From assembly GCA_029820295.1 (NCBI GenBank), contig JALGVA010000003.1, positions 4,161 through 68,160 on the forward strand: a DNA stretch of 64,000 nucleotides. Direction: 5' to 3'. The position numbers were made by a program, and so were the translations under genes. Shown here one piece after another: positions 28,996-37,856 of the stretch. The notes beneath the pieces are model-generated. The model did no database searches and had not been told where the DNA came from. It was given only the letters and a program-made list of their open reading frames with translations. Within the stretch, counting starts at the first letter, position 1; every line of letters starts with the position of its first letter. This stretch comes from Candidatus Zipacnadia bacterium (GTDB lineage Bacteria > Armatimonadota > Zipacnadia > Zipacnadales > UBA5352).

Positions 28996-30204
28996 TCACT
29001 TGGCGTTCAGTTCGACATACTCGGGCGTCAGGTCGCAGCTCCAGCACACGGCTTCGGCGTCGCCGGCGGCCAGGTCGATCTCGATGACGATCTCATCGAC
29101 GGCCATCACGGCGTCGGCCTCGTCCTGGTCGTACTCGACCGGCTCGCCGGCTGCGAAGGCCGTGATGCCGCCGATGGCGATCGAGACGCCGGCGGGGTCG
29201 ATGTCAGCGCCGGAGGCGCCGATGGCGGCGGCGATGCGACCCCAGTTGAAGTCGCCGCCCCAGATGCAGGTCCGCACGAGGTTGTACCGCGTGACCGCAC
29301 GGCCGACGGTGTGCGCCTCGTCCCAGCTTCGGGCGCCGCTCACCCGCACCTCGAGGAACCTGCTGGCGCCCTCGCCATCGCGGGCGATCTTCTTCGCCAG
29401 GTCTCGCGTCACGAAGTCGAGCGCCTCGCAGAACACCGTGAAGCGGTGCATCTCCTCATCATCGATCAGCTCGTTGCCCGCCTCGCCGTTGGCGAGGGCG
29501 ATCACGGTATCGTTGGTGCTCATGTCGCCGTCGACTGAGATGCAGTTGAAGGATTTGCTGACGGCGGCGCCCAGCGCCTGCCGCAGCAGCTCGGGCGTGA
29601 TGGCGACGTCGGTGGCGATGAAGCACAGCATTGTCGCCATGTTCGGGCAGATCATCCCGGCGCCCTTGGCGATGGCGCCGATGCGTCCGCGCTTGCCGCC
29701 CGCCTCGAACTGTACCGCGCATTCCTTGGGCACGGTGTCGGTGGTCATGATCGCCTGTGCGGCCTCGGGCGCGCAGTCGCGGTTCAGGCTCCGGCATAGC
29801 TCCGGGATCGCGGCCTCGATGCGTTCCATGGGCAACTGCACGCCGATGCGCCCGGTCGAGCAGACCAGCACCTCATCGACGGGCACCTGCGCGGTGATCG
29901 CCGTCAGCTCGGCCATGCGGCGGGCGTTGGCCATGCCCTGCTCACCGGTGGCCGCGTTGGCGTTGCCGGAGTTGGCGACGATGGTGCGCGCATGGCCATT
30001 CGCCACATGGTTCTCGGTCACGTACGTGGGCGCGGCGCGGAAGGTGTTGGTGGTGATGGTGGCCGCGGCGCAGGCGGGCGTGCGCGAGTGCAGCAGCAGC
30101 ATGTCCGGCCCCTTCGGCTTGATACCCGCCTCCGCGGTCGATGCCACGAAGCCATCGGCCACGAGCAAGCCGCCCTCAATCTCATGGAAGCTCTTCTCAG
30201 CCAT
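28996..30204 (-). CDS. argJ: Ornithine acetyltransferase / N-acetylglutamate synthase
   Basis: NSGNANA, IMTTD, KGAGMICPNMATML, DGDMSTND, DGEGA. Confidence 0.95.
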   Translation of the reverse strand: MAEKSFHEIEGGLLVADGFVASTAEAGIKPKGPDMLLLHSRTPACAAATITTNTFRAAPTYVTENHVANGHARTIVANSGNANAATGEQGMANARRMAELTAITAQVPVDEVLVCSTGRIGVQLPMERIEAAIPELCRSLNRDCAPEAAQAIMTTDTVPKECAVQFEAGGKRGRIGAIAKGAGMICPNMATMLCFIATDVAITPELLRQALGAAVSKSFNCISVDGDMSTNDTVIALANGEAGNELIDDEEMHRFTVFCEALDFVTRDLAKKIARDGEGASRFLEVRVSGARSWDEAHTVGRAVTRYNLVRTCIWGGDFNWGRIAAAIGASGADIDPAGVSIAIGGITAFAAGEPVEYDQDEADAVMAVDEIVIEIDLAAGDAEAVCWSCDLTPEYVELNAK

Positions 30205-30308
30205 CTCGATCCCTCACTCACTCTCGGCCGGGAGCACTCGCTCCGTCGTTGCCGTCTTCCGTTGCCTTCGCCGCCGTTGCCCTTCCCCGGTCGCCGGTTT
30301 CCAGTCCC

Positions 30309-31343
30309 TCACGGCCACACCGCATACGTCGTCAACGCCGTTTCCTCGGGCACCCCGAGCATCAGGTTCATGCACTGTACCGCCGCCCCCGACAGGCCCT
30401 TGACGAGGTTGTCGATCGCCGAGACCGCGATCAGCCGCCCGGCGTCCGCGTCGATCGCCAGGCCGATGTCGCAGAAGTTCGAGCCCGTGACCTGCTTGGT
30501 CGCGGGCAGCTTCCCGGCGTCGTGGATGCGCACGAAGCGCTCACCCGTGTAGAACTCGCGATAGAGCGCGACCGCCTCGTCCACGCTGACCTCGCGCGTG
30601 AGCGTGCCGTAGCAGGTGCTCAGGATCCCGCGGTTCATTGGGATCAGATGCGGCGTGAAGGTCAGCGTAACCGGCGCGCCCAGCAGCGACAGCTCCTGCA
30701 CCATCTCAGGCGTGTGGCGATGCTGCGCGACCTTGTAGGCCGCGACCGATTCGTTGCACTCGGTGAAATGCGTGGTCAGCGACAGGCTGCGCCCGGCGCC
30801 CGAGACGCCCGACTTGCTATCCACGATCAGGCCATCAGGCTCGATGAGTCCCTCCGCACAGGCGGGCGCCAGCGCCAGGATGGCGCCGGTCGGGTAGCAG
30901 CCCGGCACCGCCGCCAGGCGCGTCCCGGTGATCTCCTCGCGGTGCAGCTCAGGGAGACCGTAGACGGCCTGCTCGAGCAGCTCCGGGTGCGGGTGCGGTT
31001 CGTAGTAGCGCTCGTAGTCGGCCAGGTTCTTGAGCCGGCAGTCGGCCGAGAAGTCGATGACCTGCTTGCCGAGCGCCAGCGCCTCCGCCACCAGGGCGGC
31101 GCCGACCGCGTGGGGCAGGGCGAAGAACATGACGTCCACGCCCTCAGCCACGGCGGCGACGTCGATCTTCCCCACCGTCAGATCGATAGCCCCGGCCAGG
31201 TGCGGGTAGAAGTCGGCCAGATTCTCGCCGACCGTGGTGTGTCCGCCGACGTAGCCGATCTCCACCTCGGGGTGGGCGAGCAGAATGCGGACCAGCTCGA
31301 TCCCCCCGTAGCCGGTGGCGCCGAAGACCGCGACCCGTGTCAC
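30309..31343 (-). CDS. argC: N-acetyl-gamma-glutamyl-phosphate reductase
   Basis: GATGYGG, PGCYPT, SGVSGAGR, HRHTPE, DNLVKG; GTG start with GGGAG RBS. Confidence 0.95.
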   Translation of the reverse strand: MTRVAVFGATGYGGIELVRILLAHPEVEIGYVGGHTTVGENLADFYPHLAGAIDLTVGKIDVAAVAEGVDVMFFALPHAVGAALVAEALALGKQVIDFSADCRLKNLADYERYYEPHPHPELLEQAVYGLPELHREEITGTRLAAVPGCYPTGAILALAPACAEGLIEPDGLIVDSKSGVSGAGRSLSLTTHFTECNESVAAYKVAQHRHTPEMVQELSLLGAPVTLTFTPHLIPMNRGILSTCYGTLTREVSVDEAVALYREFYTGERFVRIHDAGKLPATKQVTGSNFCDIGLAIDADAGRLIAVSAIDNLVKGLSGAAVQCMNLMLGVPEETALTTYAVWP

Positions 31344-31390
31344 GCCGATGCACTCCCTCGGAACACCGTGTTGCGCCGTGTGCAGGTACG

Positions 31391-31417
31391 ACGAAAGCCG
31401 CCCCGTCGTCGGGCGGC
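31391..31417 (-). terminator. Terminator-like hairpin in the argC leader
   Basis: GCCGCCC-GACGACG-GGGCGGC followed by TTTCGT (weak U-tract). Confidence 0.5.
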
Positions 31418-31459
31418 ACGGAAAGATGCCTTGCTGGAGCGGGTGCGTCCAGATGTGAC

Positions 31460-31519
31460 CTACCGCCTGGCGCGAGGCCCCGGGAGGGTCGGCCACAACT
31501 GGTTGCCGATGGTAGGCAT
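31460..31519 (-). CDS. Putative arg operon leader peptide MPTIGNQLWPTLPGPRARR
   Basis: ATG with GGAG 7 nt upstream, between the promoter and the hairpin; ends CGC GCC AGG CGG TAG. Confidence 0.5.
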   Translation of the reverse strand: MPTIGNQLWPTLPGPRARR

Positions 31520-31562
31520 CAGCCGGCTCCGTACGAACCTGTGGTGAGGCGACAGCGTCAGC

Positions 31563-31591
31563 ACTATATCACAAGCCTGCAGGGCGGTCAA
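31563..31591 (-). promoter_or_regulatory. sigma70 promoter (extended -10) for argCJBD
   Basis: TTGACC-N17-TATAGT with TGn on the minus strand. Confidence 0.75.
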
Positions 31592-31620
31592 GAAAGGCCG
31601 CAGGCGGGTGTCGGCACGGG

Positions 31621-31650
31621 TTGACACCTGCCTGCGCTCACGGATATGAT
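31621..31650 (+). promoter_or_regulatory. sigma70 promoter for the NlpC/P60 gene
   Basis: TTGACA-N18-TATGAT. Confidence 0.7.
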
Positions 31651-31699
31651 TCCCTCCTACCACTACCTGAGGCCGACCGGAGCACATGGAATCGCAGCC

Positions 31700-33652
31700 A
31701 TGAAGCCAGCACGGATCTTCGTCACAGCCATATGCCTCGCGGCCTTGACCGTCTCCGCCGCCCATGCGGGTAAGGTCTATCCCGCGTGGGTGATCCCCGA
31801 GACGCTCAACGTACGCTCGGGCCCCGGCACCGACCGTGACCTCATCGGTAGCCTCACCCGCGGGACCAAGGTCTACGTCACCGCCTTCGCCGACAACTGG
31901 TGCTGGGCGAAGCTGCCCGACGGCAGTTGGGGCTGGATCGCCGAGTGGCTGCTGCAGTTCTCGGCGGACAGGGGCAGGCAGCTCGCCGAGGAGGCCGGCC
32001 AGGCTCCCCGATCGTCGTCCTCGTCCGGCTCCGGCGTCCCGCCCGCATGGGTGAGCGCCGAGGGCAACGTCAACGTGCGCAGCGGGCCCGGCACCCACTA
32101 CGACAGCCGCGGGCAGATCGGGCGGGGCACCAAGGTCTACATCGTCGGCGAGGAGCGCGGGTGGCTGAAGTGCCGCACCCCGGGCGGCTACGGGTGGATC
32201 CGGGCCGACCTGCTCGAGCGTGACGTCGAGCGCGGGCGCCGGCTTGCGGCCGGCATCACCAGCCCGCATACCACCGAATCGACGCAGATGGGGACGGCCA
32301 AGGCCTATGTGAACGGAGACGGCGTCCGTCTGCGCTCGGGACCGGCGACCAGCTACCGCATCAAGGCCAGTCTGGTCTCCGGCCAGGTGCTCTATGTCAC
32401 CGAGCGGCGTGGCGAGTGGCTGCACTGCCAGGTGCATGGCGGCCAGGACGGCTGGATCCACTCCAGCCTGGTCAAGTTCGAGGAGGGCTCGGACACACCG
32501 GGGTCGAGCGGCTCGTGCGGCACCGCCAAGGGCTACGTGAACGGCGATGTCGTGCATCTGCGCGCCGGGCCGAGCCTGAACGAGCGTATCAAGGCGCGAG
32601 TCGTGCGCGGGCAGGTGCTTTACATTACCGAGCGCCGGGGCGACTGGTGCCACGTCACCGTCCACGGCGGCGAGGAGGGCTGGATTCACGTCAGCCTGGT
32701 CAAGCTGGAGGGCACCGACTCGCCGGGTAGCGCGACCGCGACGGCCCCGCCCGCCTCGGCGACAGCGACGTCGGGCACGTCGATGCAGCCGATCCCGGCG
32801 TGGATTGGCGAAGACGTGGTCAACGTGCGCTACGGCCCCGGCACCGACCACGACATCAGGTTCAAGCTCAGCGCGGGCGCAGCGGTCGAGGTGCTCGAGC
32901 TGAGGGGCCATTGGTGCAAGATCCGCGACAGTGAGGGCAACGTCGGCTGGGTCGCCGGCTGGGTAATGAACTTCAAGGGCCCCGGCGAGGACCCGACCGC
33001 GCGCGAGGGCGATGAGGAGGTGCCTGTGCGCACGGCCTGGGTGGCGCGCCCGGAGGTTAACGTGCGCTCGGGGCCCGGGACCAGCTACGATGAGGTGGCC
33101 GAGGCGGTGCTGGGGACGGAAGTCATCATCCTCGACCGCGACGGCGACTGGTACAAGGTGGCGCTGGACAACGGCACCACCGGCTACATGGCGAGCTGGC
33201 TGCTCGACACGCGGGCCCAGCGACGCGTGCGCCAGGAGGGCAGCGTCCCGAGCGGAGCGCCGCCCACGCCCGCCTCGACGAGCTTCGGGCGCGCGGTCGT
33301 GGACACGGCCATGAACTACCTCGGATACTCCTACTGCCGGGGCACCGCCGGCCCGAACACCTTCGACTGCTCGGGCTTCGTGCACTACGTGCTCGGCAGG
33401 CACGGTGTGAGCGTGTCGCGCAGCAGCCGCACACAGTTCCGCGAGGGCACCCCGGTCTCCCGCGAGGACTTGCAGATCGGGGATGTCGTCTTCTTCAAGA
33501 ATACCTACCGCAGCGGCATCTCGCATGTGGGCATCTACATCGGGAACGGCCAGTTCATCCACGCCTCCAACAGCCGCGGCGGCGTCAAGATCAGTGATCT
33601 CGACTCCGACTACTACCGCCCGCGCTGGGCCGGCGCCCGGCGCATGCACTGA
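31700..33652 (+). CDS. Secreted peptidoglycan endopeptidase: six SH3b domains plus NlpC/P60
   Basis: Signal peptide; six (N/R/H)(V/L)RxGP repeats; FDCSG and SHVGIY...FIHAS catalytic motifs. Confidence 0.92.
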   Translation: MKPARIFVTAICLAALTVSAAHAGKVYPAWVIPETLNVRSGPGTDRDLIGSLTRGTKVYVTAFADNWCWAKLPDGSWGWIAEWLLQFSADRGRQLAEEAGQAPRSSSSSGSGVPPAWVSAEGNVNVRSGPGTHYDSRGQIGRGTKVYIVGEERGWLKCRTPGGYGWIRADLLERDVERGRRLAAGITSPHTTESTQMGTAKAYVNGDGVRLRSGPATSYRIKASLVSGQVLYVTERRGEWLHCQVHGGQDGWIHSSLVKFEEGSDTPGSSGSCGTAKGYVNGDVVHLRAGPSLNERIKARVVRGQVLYITERRGDWCHVTVHGGEEGWIHVSLVKLEGTDSPGSATATAPPASATATSGTSMQPIPAWIGEDVVNVRYGPGTDHDIRFKLSAGAAVEVLELRGHWCKIRDSEGNVGWVAGWVMNFKGPGEDPTAREGDEEVPVRTAWVARPEVNVRSGPGTSYDEVAEAVLGTEVIILDRDGDWYKVALDNGTTGYMASWLLDTRAQRRVRQEGSVPSGAPPTPASTSFGRAVVDTAMNYLGYSYCRGTAGPNTFDCSGFVHYVLGRHGVSVSRSSRTQFREGTPVSREDLQIGDVVFFKNTYRSGISHVGIYIGNGQFIHASNSRGGVKISDLDSDYYRPRWAGARRMH

Positions 33653-33678
33653 GGCCGCACCGGGAGGCCTGCGCCGCG

Positions 33679-34560
33679 ATGCAGCGCGCGAGGACGATGC
33701 TGCTCCTGAGCGCGATGGCAGCGACACTGCTGGTCATCGCGCCGGCCGGCTGCGGCCGCAAGACGCAGCCACCACCCACCATCCCTGAAGCGGAGATCGA
33801 GGCCCCGGTGCCCGAGCCGGCCGCGGAGGAAGCCGCCTCCGAGGAGGCACCGGCCGCGGAGTCCGTCGAGGATGAAGCTGAGCAGCCGGCCGCAGAGCCG
33901 GCCGACGCGCTCGCCGACGCCCAGGAGATCCCGAAGCAGCAGGCGCCGCCCCCCTCGTTCTGGGCGCGCATCTTCACCGCCATCAAGGTCGTCGCCATCT
34001 TCATCGGCAAGCTCCTGTTCGTGATCAGCATCCCGCTGGCCATCGCCGGGACGCTCTTCGGCCTGCCCGGCAGCGTCCTGGTCCTGGTCGCCGCCACGCT
34101 CTACTCGGCGCTGCACGGCTGGGCCAGCCCACCGTGGTGGGTGCTGATCGTCATCGCCGTCATCGCGCTGGCGGCTGAGCTGGCCGAGAACGCCCTCTCC
34201 TTCGTCGGCGTGAAGCAGTCGGGCGCCGGCAACACCACCGGGCTGTGGGTGCTCATCGGCGGCTTCATCGGCGCGGTGGTCGGCGGCATCATCGCGCCAG
34301 CGCTCGCGGCCATCGGCGCGCTTGCCGGCCCCATCGGCTGGGTGCTCCTGTCGATCATCCCACCCATCGGGCTGGGCATGCTGGGGGGATACCTCGGCGG
34401 CTACTACTACGAGCTGCGCCAGGGCAAGTCGCCGGAGGAGGCGCGCAACGCCGGCTGGGGCGCGCTGGCGGGGCGCCTCGCCGGCTCGCTGACCAAGGCC
34501 CTGCTGGTCGCGGTCATGGGCACGGTCGTCCTCATCGCGAGCTGGGGCACGCTGTTCTGA
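33679..34560 (+). CDS. DUF456-like membrane protein with lipoprotein-like N-terminus and acidic linker
   Basis: PAG-C lipobox-like site, E/A/P-rich linker, then LPG...GGFIGAVVG...GGYLGGYYYE helices. Confidence 0.7.
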   Translation: MQRARTMLLLSAMAATLLVIAPAGCGRKTQPPPTIPEAEIEAPVPEPAAEEAASEEAPAAESVEDEAEQPAAEPADALADAQEIPKQQAPPPSFWARIFTAIKVVAIFIGKLLFVISIPLAIAGTLFGLPGSVLVLVAATLYSALHGWASPPWWVLIVIAVIALAAELAENALSFVGVKQSGAGNTTGLWVLIGGFIGAVVGGIIAPALAAIGALAGPIGWVLLSIIPPIGLGMLGGYLGGYYYELRQGKSPEEARNAGWGALAGRLAGSLTKALLVAVMGTVVLIASWGTLF

Positions 34561-34632
34561 GAGGTCCTGCCGCGCCATGTGGCGAAGTCGCGAAGCCGTC
34601 GGGCCAGGGCCGCGCGACCGCTCGGGGTGAGC

Positions 34633-35772
34633 ATGGACCTCACGCAAGTTGCCTTCCAGGACGCCGCCACGCGCAGCTACCTCGGCAGTCCCAGCCTGAC
34701 GCGCATCCCGGCCGACGCGTCCCATTACCCCGGCGCCATCGTCGTCACCCACGACTACTTCGGCCCGGGCTGCCCGCGCAACCACGAGGACGAGGAGCAC
34801 CTCACCACCGTCCATCGCTCCCTCGACGACGGCCGCACCTGGCGGCCGGTCACCCACATTGCCAACGCCTTCTGGAGCAGTCTCTTCTGGCACCGCGGCG
34901 CGCTCTATCTGCTGGGCTGCTCGCAGCAGTACGGCTCGATCGTGATCCGCCGCTCCGACGACGGCGGCGACACCTGGACGCACCCGACGGACGCGGGCTG
35001 CGGCCTGCTCGCCCCCGGTGGACCGCGCCGCGAGCCCCCGAACTATCACTGCGCGCCGGTGCCGGTGCTGGAGCACGAGGGCCGGCTCCACCGCGCCTTC
35101 GAGGACTGCCACCCCTGCGTGTGGGGATCGGGCTTCCAGTCGCTGGTGATCTCCGCCGACGCAGATGCGGATCTGCTGTGCGCGGACTCGTGGACCATCA
35201 GCAACCGCATCCCGTTCGACCCGGCATGGGTGCCCGGCGGGTGGGGTGAGCTGGAGCGGCCCGGCTGGCTGGAGGGCAACCTGGTCGCTGCGCCCGACGG
35301 CCGGCTGCTCAACATCCTGCGCTTCAACTCCACGCCGAAGGTGGACCTTGCGGCGGTGGTGACGGTGCATGATGAGGGCCGGCGCATCGAGTTCGACCCG
35401 GAGGCCGGCTACATCCACTTCCCCGGCGGCATGACCAAGTTCGTCATCCGCCGCGACCCGGTCACCGGGCTCTACGTGACCCTCAGCAACAACAACACCG
35501 ATCCGTCGCGCGCCACCCAGCGCAACATCCTGTCGCTGCACGCCTCGGAGGACCTGGCGCACTGGCGGCATGTGCGCACGCTGCTGCGCGACGACCTGGC
35601 GCACTCGTGGGTGGACTCGGTGCGGCTGACAGGCTTCCAGTACCCGGACTGGCACTTCGATGGCGAGGACATCATCGCCGCGGTGCGCACCGCCTATCGC
35701 GGCGCGCACAACTTCCATGACGCCAACCGCATCACGTTCCATCGCATCGAGCGCTTCCGCGAGCTGCTCTGA
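34633..35772 (+). CDS. BNR/Asp-box (sialidase-like) beta-propeller protein
   Basis: SLDDGRTW and SDDGGDTW Asp-boxes; YLGSPSL; GFQYPDW. Confidence 0.8.
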   Translation: MDLTQVAFQDAATRSYLGSPSLTRIPADASHYPGAIVVTHDYFGPGCPRNHEDEEHLTTVHRSLDDGRTWRPVTHIANAFWSSLFWHRGALYLLGCSQQYGSIVIRRSDDGGDTWTHPTDAGCGLLAPGGPRREPPNYHCAPVPVLEHEGRLHRAFEDCHPCVWGSGFQSLVISADADADLLCADSWTISNRIPFDPAWVPGGWGELERPGWLEGNLVAAPDGRLLNILRFNSTPKVDLAAVVTVHDEGRRIEFDPEAGYIHFPGGMTKFVIRRDPVTGLYVTLSNNNTDPSRATQRNILSLHASEDLAHWRHVRTLLRDDLAHSWVDSVRLTGFQYPDWHFDGEDIIAAVRTAYRGAHNFHDANRITFHRIERFRELL

Positions 35773-35783
35773 CCGGCACAGGA

Positions 35784-36866
35784 GTGACCGTCATGCTTCG
35801 CATCGATGAGCCGTTCCATGGCGCTGTGCTCAGCCACCGCCACGGCGTGCAGGATGAGCGCGGCCTGACCATCCCGGTAACCGGCAGGGCGCCGCTGGAT
35901 CGGCGGGTGACCGTCAACGGCGTCGGGGCCGCGCGCGAGGGCGAGCGGTTCGCGGCGGAGGTGACCATCACCGAACGCGAGCAGGACGTCATCGCGGTCA
36001 TGGACGGCACGCTGGGACGCGTCGAACACACGGTGCGCGTCGTCTGGGACCGCGAGTCGCGCCCGCGCTGGCGCTTCAGCATTGACGACAACGTCTACTG
36101 GCTGCGCGACGTGGCGCGGCAGGGCTACGACTCGCTCTTCGACTGCTTCTACCTGGCGATGCTCAAGGACTTCAATGAGCGCTACGGGGCGAAATTCACA
36201 GTCAACATCTACTTCGAGGCCGAGGACGGCTGGCGGTTGACCGAGTTCCCGGACCGCTACCGCGGCGAGTTCGAGGACAGCGCCGACTGGCTGGTGCTCG
36301 CCTGCCACGCGTACGCCAATGAGCCCGACCGGCCCTACCAGTCCGCCCGGCCGGAGAAGCTCATCGCCGACATCCGGGCTGTGGACGAGCAGATCGTGCG
36401 CATCGCCGGAGAGGCGACGCTGGCGCCGCCGACAGTGATTCACTGGGGGATGGTGGTCCCCGCGGCGCTGCCGGCGCTCTACGAGTATGGAGTGCGGGTG
36501 CTCTCAGGCAGCTTCCGGCCCGGGCCAGGCGGGCGGGACGTAAACTACCGGCAGGACGAGGAGCGTTCGGAGTGGATCGCGCGCAACGAGGCTCTCAAGG
36601 ATTTCGAGAGCGGCATCGTCTTCAGCAACATCGATCTGTGCGGCAACACCATCGCTCTGGAGCGGATCGAGCCGGCGCTGGAGGCACTCGCCGGCGACCC
36701 GTGCACCGCGGAGATCATGGACCTGTTCACCCACGAGCAGTACTTCTGGCCGTTCTACCGCAACTACATCCCCGACCATGCCCAGCGCCTCGACACCATG
36801 ATCCGCTGGGTCACCGAACGCGGCTACGAGCCGGTGTTCTTCCACGAGGGCTTCCTCGGGATCTGA
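35784..36866 (+). CDS. Hypothetical protein: Ig-like N-domain plus polysaccharide-deacetylase-like domain
   Basis: FSIDD, CH and HEQY motifs suggest a NodB-like fold (inference). Confidence 0.6.
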   Translation: MTVMLRIDEPFHGAVLSHRHGVQDERGLTIPVTGRAPLDRRVTVNGVGAAREGERFAAEVTITEREQDVIAVMDGTLGRVEHTVRVVWDRESRPRWRFSIDDNVYWLRDVARQGYDSLFDCFYLAMLKDFNERYGAKFTVNIYFEAEDGWRLTEFPDRYRGEFEDSADWLVLACHAYANEPDRPYQSARPEKLIADIRAVDEQIVRIAGEATLAPPTVIHWGMVVPAALPALYEYGVRVLSGSFRPGPGGRDVNYRQDEERSEWIARNEALKDFESGIVFSNIDLCGNTIALERIEPALEALAGDPCTAEIMDLFTHEQYFWPFYRNYIPDHAQRLDTMIRWVTERGYEPVFFHEGFLGI

Positions 36867-36974
36867 GCCGGCTATGGCCGGCGCGCGCCCGACGCAGGTG
36901 CCAGGCGGCGTGGCCGGCGGCGAGACGGGCCGCCATCAGCGCCGGCGCGTCACCGAGGGAGCGCGCCAGGTCGC

Positions 36975-37024
36975 CGCAGCGTGCGGAGGAGGCCACGGAA
37001 TGGCCACTCCTGCCGCTGCGTTTT
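36975..37024 (+). terminator. Intrinsic terminator-like hairpin
   Basis: CGCAGCG...GGCCA-CGGAA-TGGCC...CGCTGCG followed by TTTT. Confidence 0.5.
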
Positions 37025-37074
37025 CGCGTGGCAGTGGTAGGCGACACGACCATCGCCACCCAAACGCATGAATC

Positions 37075-37141
37075 GACAAAAAAAAGAACAACGCAAGAGC
37101 ATACGCAGAGGATTGCATGGTGGGGCGATTTGTGCTACAAT
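37075..37141 (+). promoter_or_regulatory. sigma70 promoter with extended -10 and A-tract UP-like element
   Basis: TTGCAT(37113)-N17-TACAAT with TGn; A8 tract near 37078-37085. Confidence 0.7.
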
Positions 37142-37173
37142 TATGCGCGCAAACGGCATGGAGAGGAGTGCAC

Positions 37174-37686
37174 GTGTCTGGGAGAGAGGGCACCGTGCCG
37201 GACAGAAGCCCGAACCTGCCGCGGAACATGAGCGCTTTGCGAGGCGGCACCGTGACTGTGGAGCTGGCCCTCGTCGTGCCGCTGCTCATCTTCCTCCTCT
37301 TCGGGATCCTCGAATTCGGCTTCCTCGTCAAGGACCGGGCAGAGCTGGCGGCGGCCGCACGTGAAGCGGCGCGACAGGCCGCGATCGGGTCGGTGCCCGC
37401 CCGCATCAACGCTGAGGTGGATGCCAACACCTCGACCATCAACGACGCCGAAGTCACGCGCGTCTTCCGCTTCCGAGGCTGGGACAGTGACTCCGGCACC
37501 TGGGGGGCGTGGCAGCCTCTCGTCGCCGATGGCTCCGAGAACAACGCCGAGCAGGGCGATCAGGTGCAAATCAGCCTTACCTACGGGCACCCTCTGCTGG
37601 TGCCGGGACTGATGGGCGCGATGCTCAACGCCGACGACAGCGGCCGGGTGACCATGTCGGTCTCGACGATCATGATGCGCGAGTGA
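37174..37686 (+). CDS. TadE/TadG-like pseudopilin
   Basis: G|TVTVELALVVPLLIFLLFGILEFG...AAREAAR motif; start uncertain (37174/37195/37228). Confidence 0.85.
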   Translation: MSGREGTVPDRSPNLPRNMSALRGGTVTVELALVVPLLIFLLFGILEFGFLVKDRAELAAAAREAARQAAIGSVPARINAEVDANTSTINDAEVTRVFRFRGWDSDSGTWGAWQPLVADGSENNAEQGDQVQISLTYGHPLLVPGLMGAMLNADDSGRVTMSVSTIMMRE

Positions 37687-37856
37687 CGCGCCCGCACCCA
37701 CGCGCAGTGAGCCACGGCGTCCCGTGCAAGCGGGGCGCCGTTTCGTGTACGCTGCTGCGTGGCAGCGAGGATTGGAGGGGCGGCGAGGAGAAACTGCAGA
37801 TGCCGCGCGTCAGCATGCCGGCGCCGGTTCCGCCCGGCGCGCGAGGAGCAGTGACC

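Noticed and set aside
31344..31560. T-box or ARG boxes in the arg leader
   Set aside because: No GGTGGNACC T-box sequence and no AT-rich TGAAT-N-ATTCA-like boxes seen.
31780..33210. Repeated DNA segments that might suggest an array
   Set aside because: They are the coding repeats of six SH3b domains, not CRISPR or a mobile element.
31460..33727. 755-aa minus-strand ORF
   Set aside because: Antisense to the SH3-NlpC/P60 gene and crosses the arg promoter; only its last 19 codons (own ATG and RBS) are retained as the candidate leader peptide.
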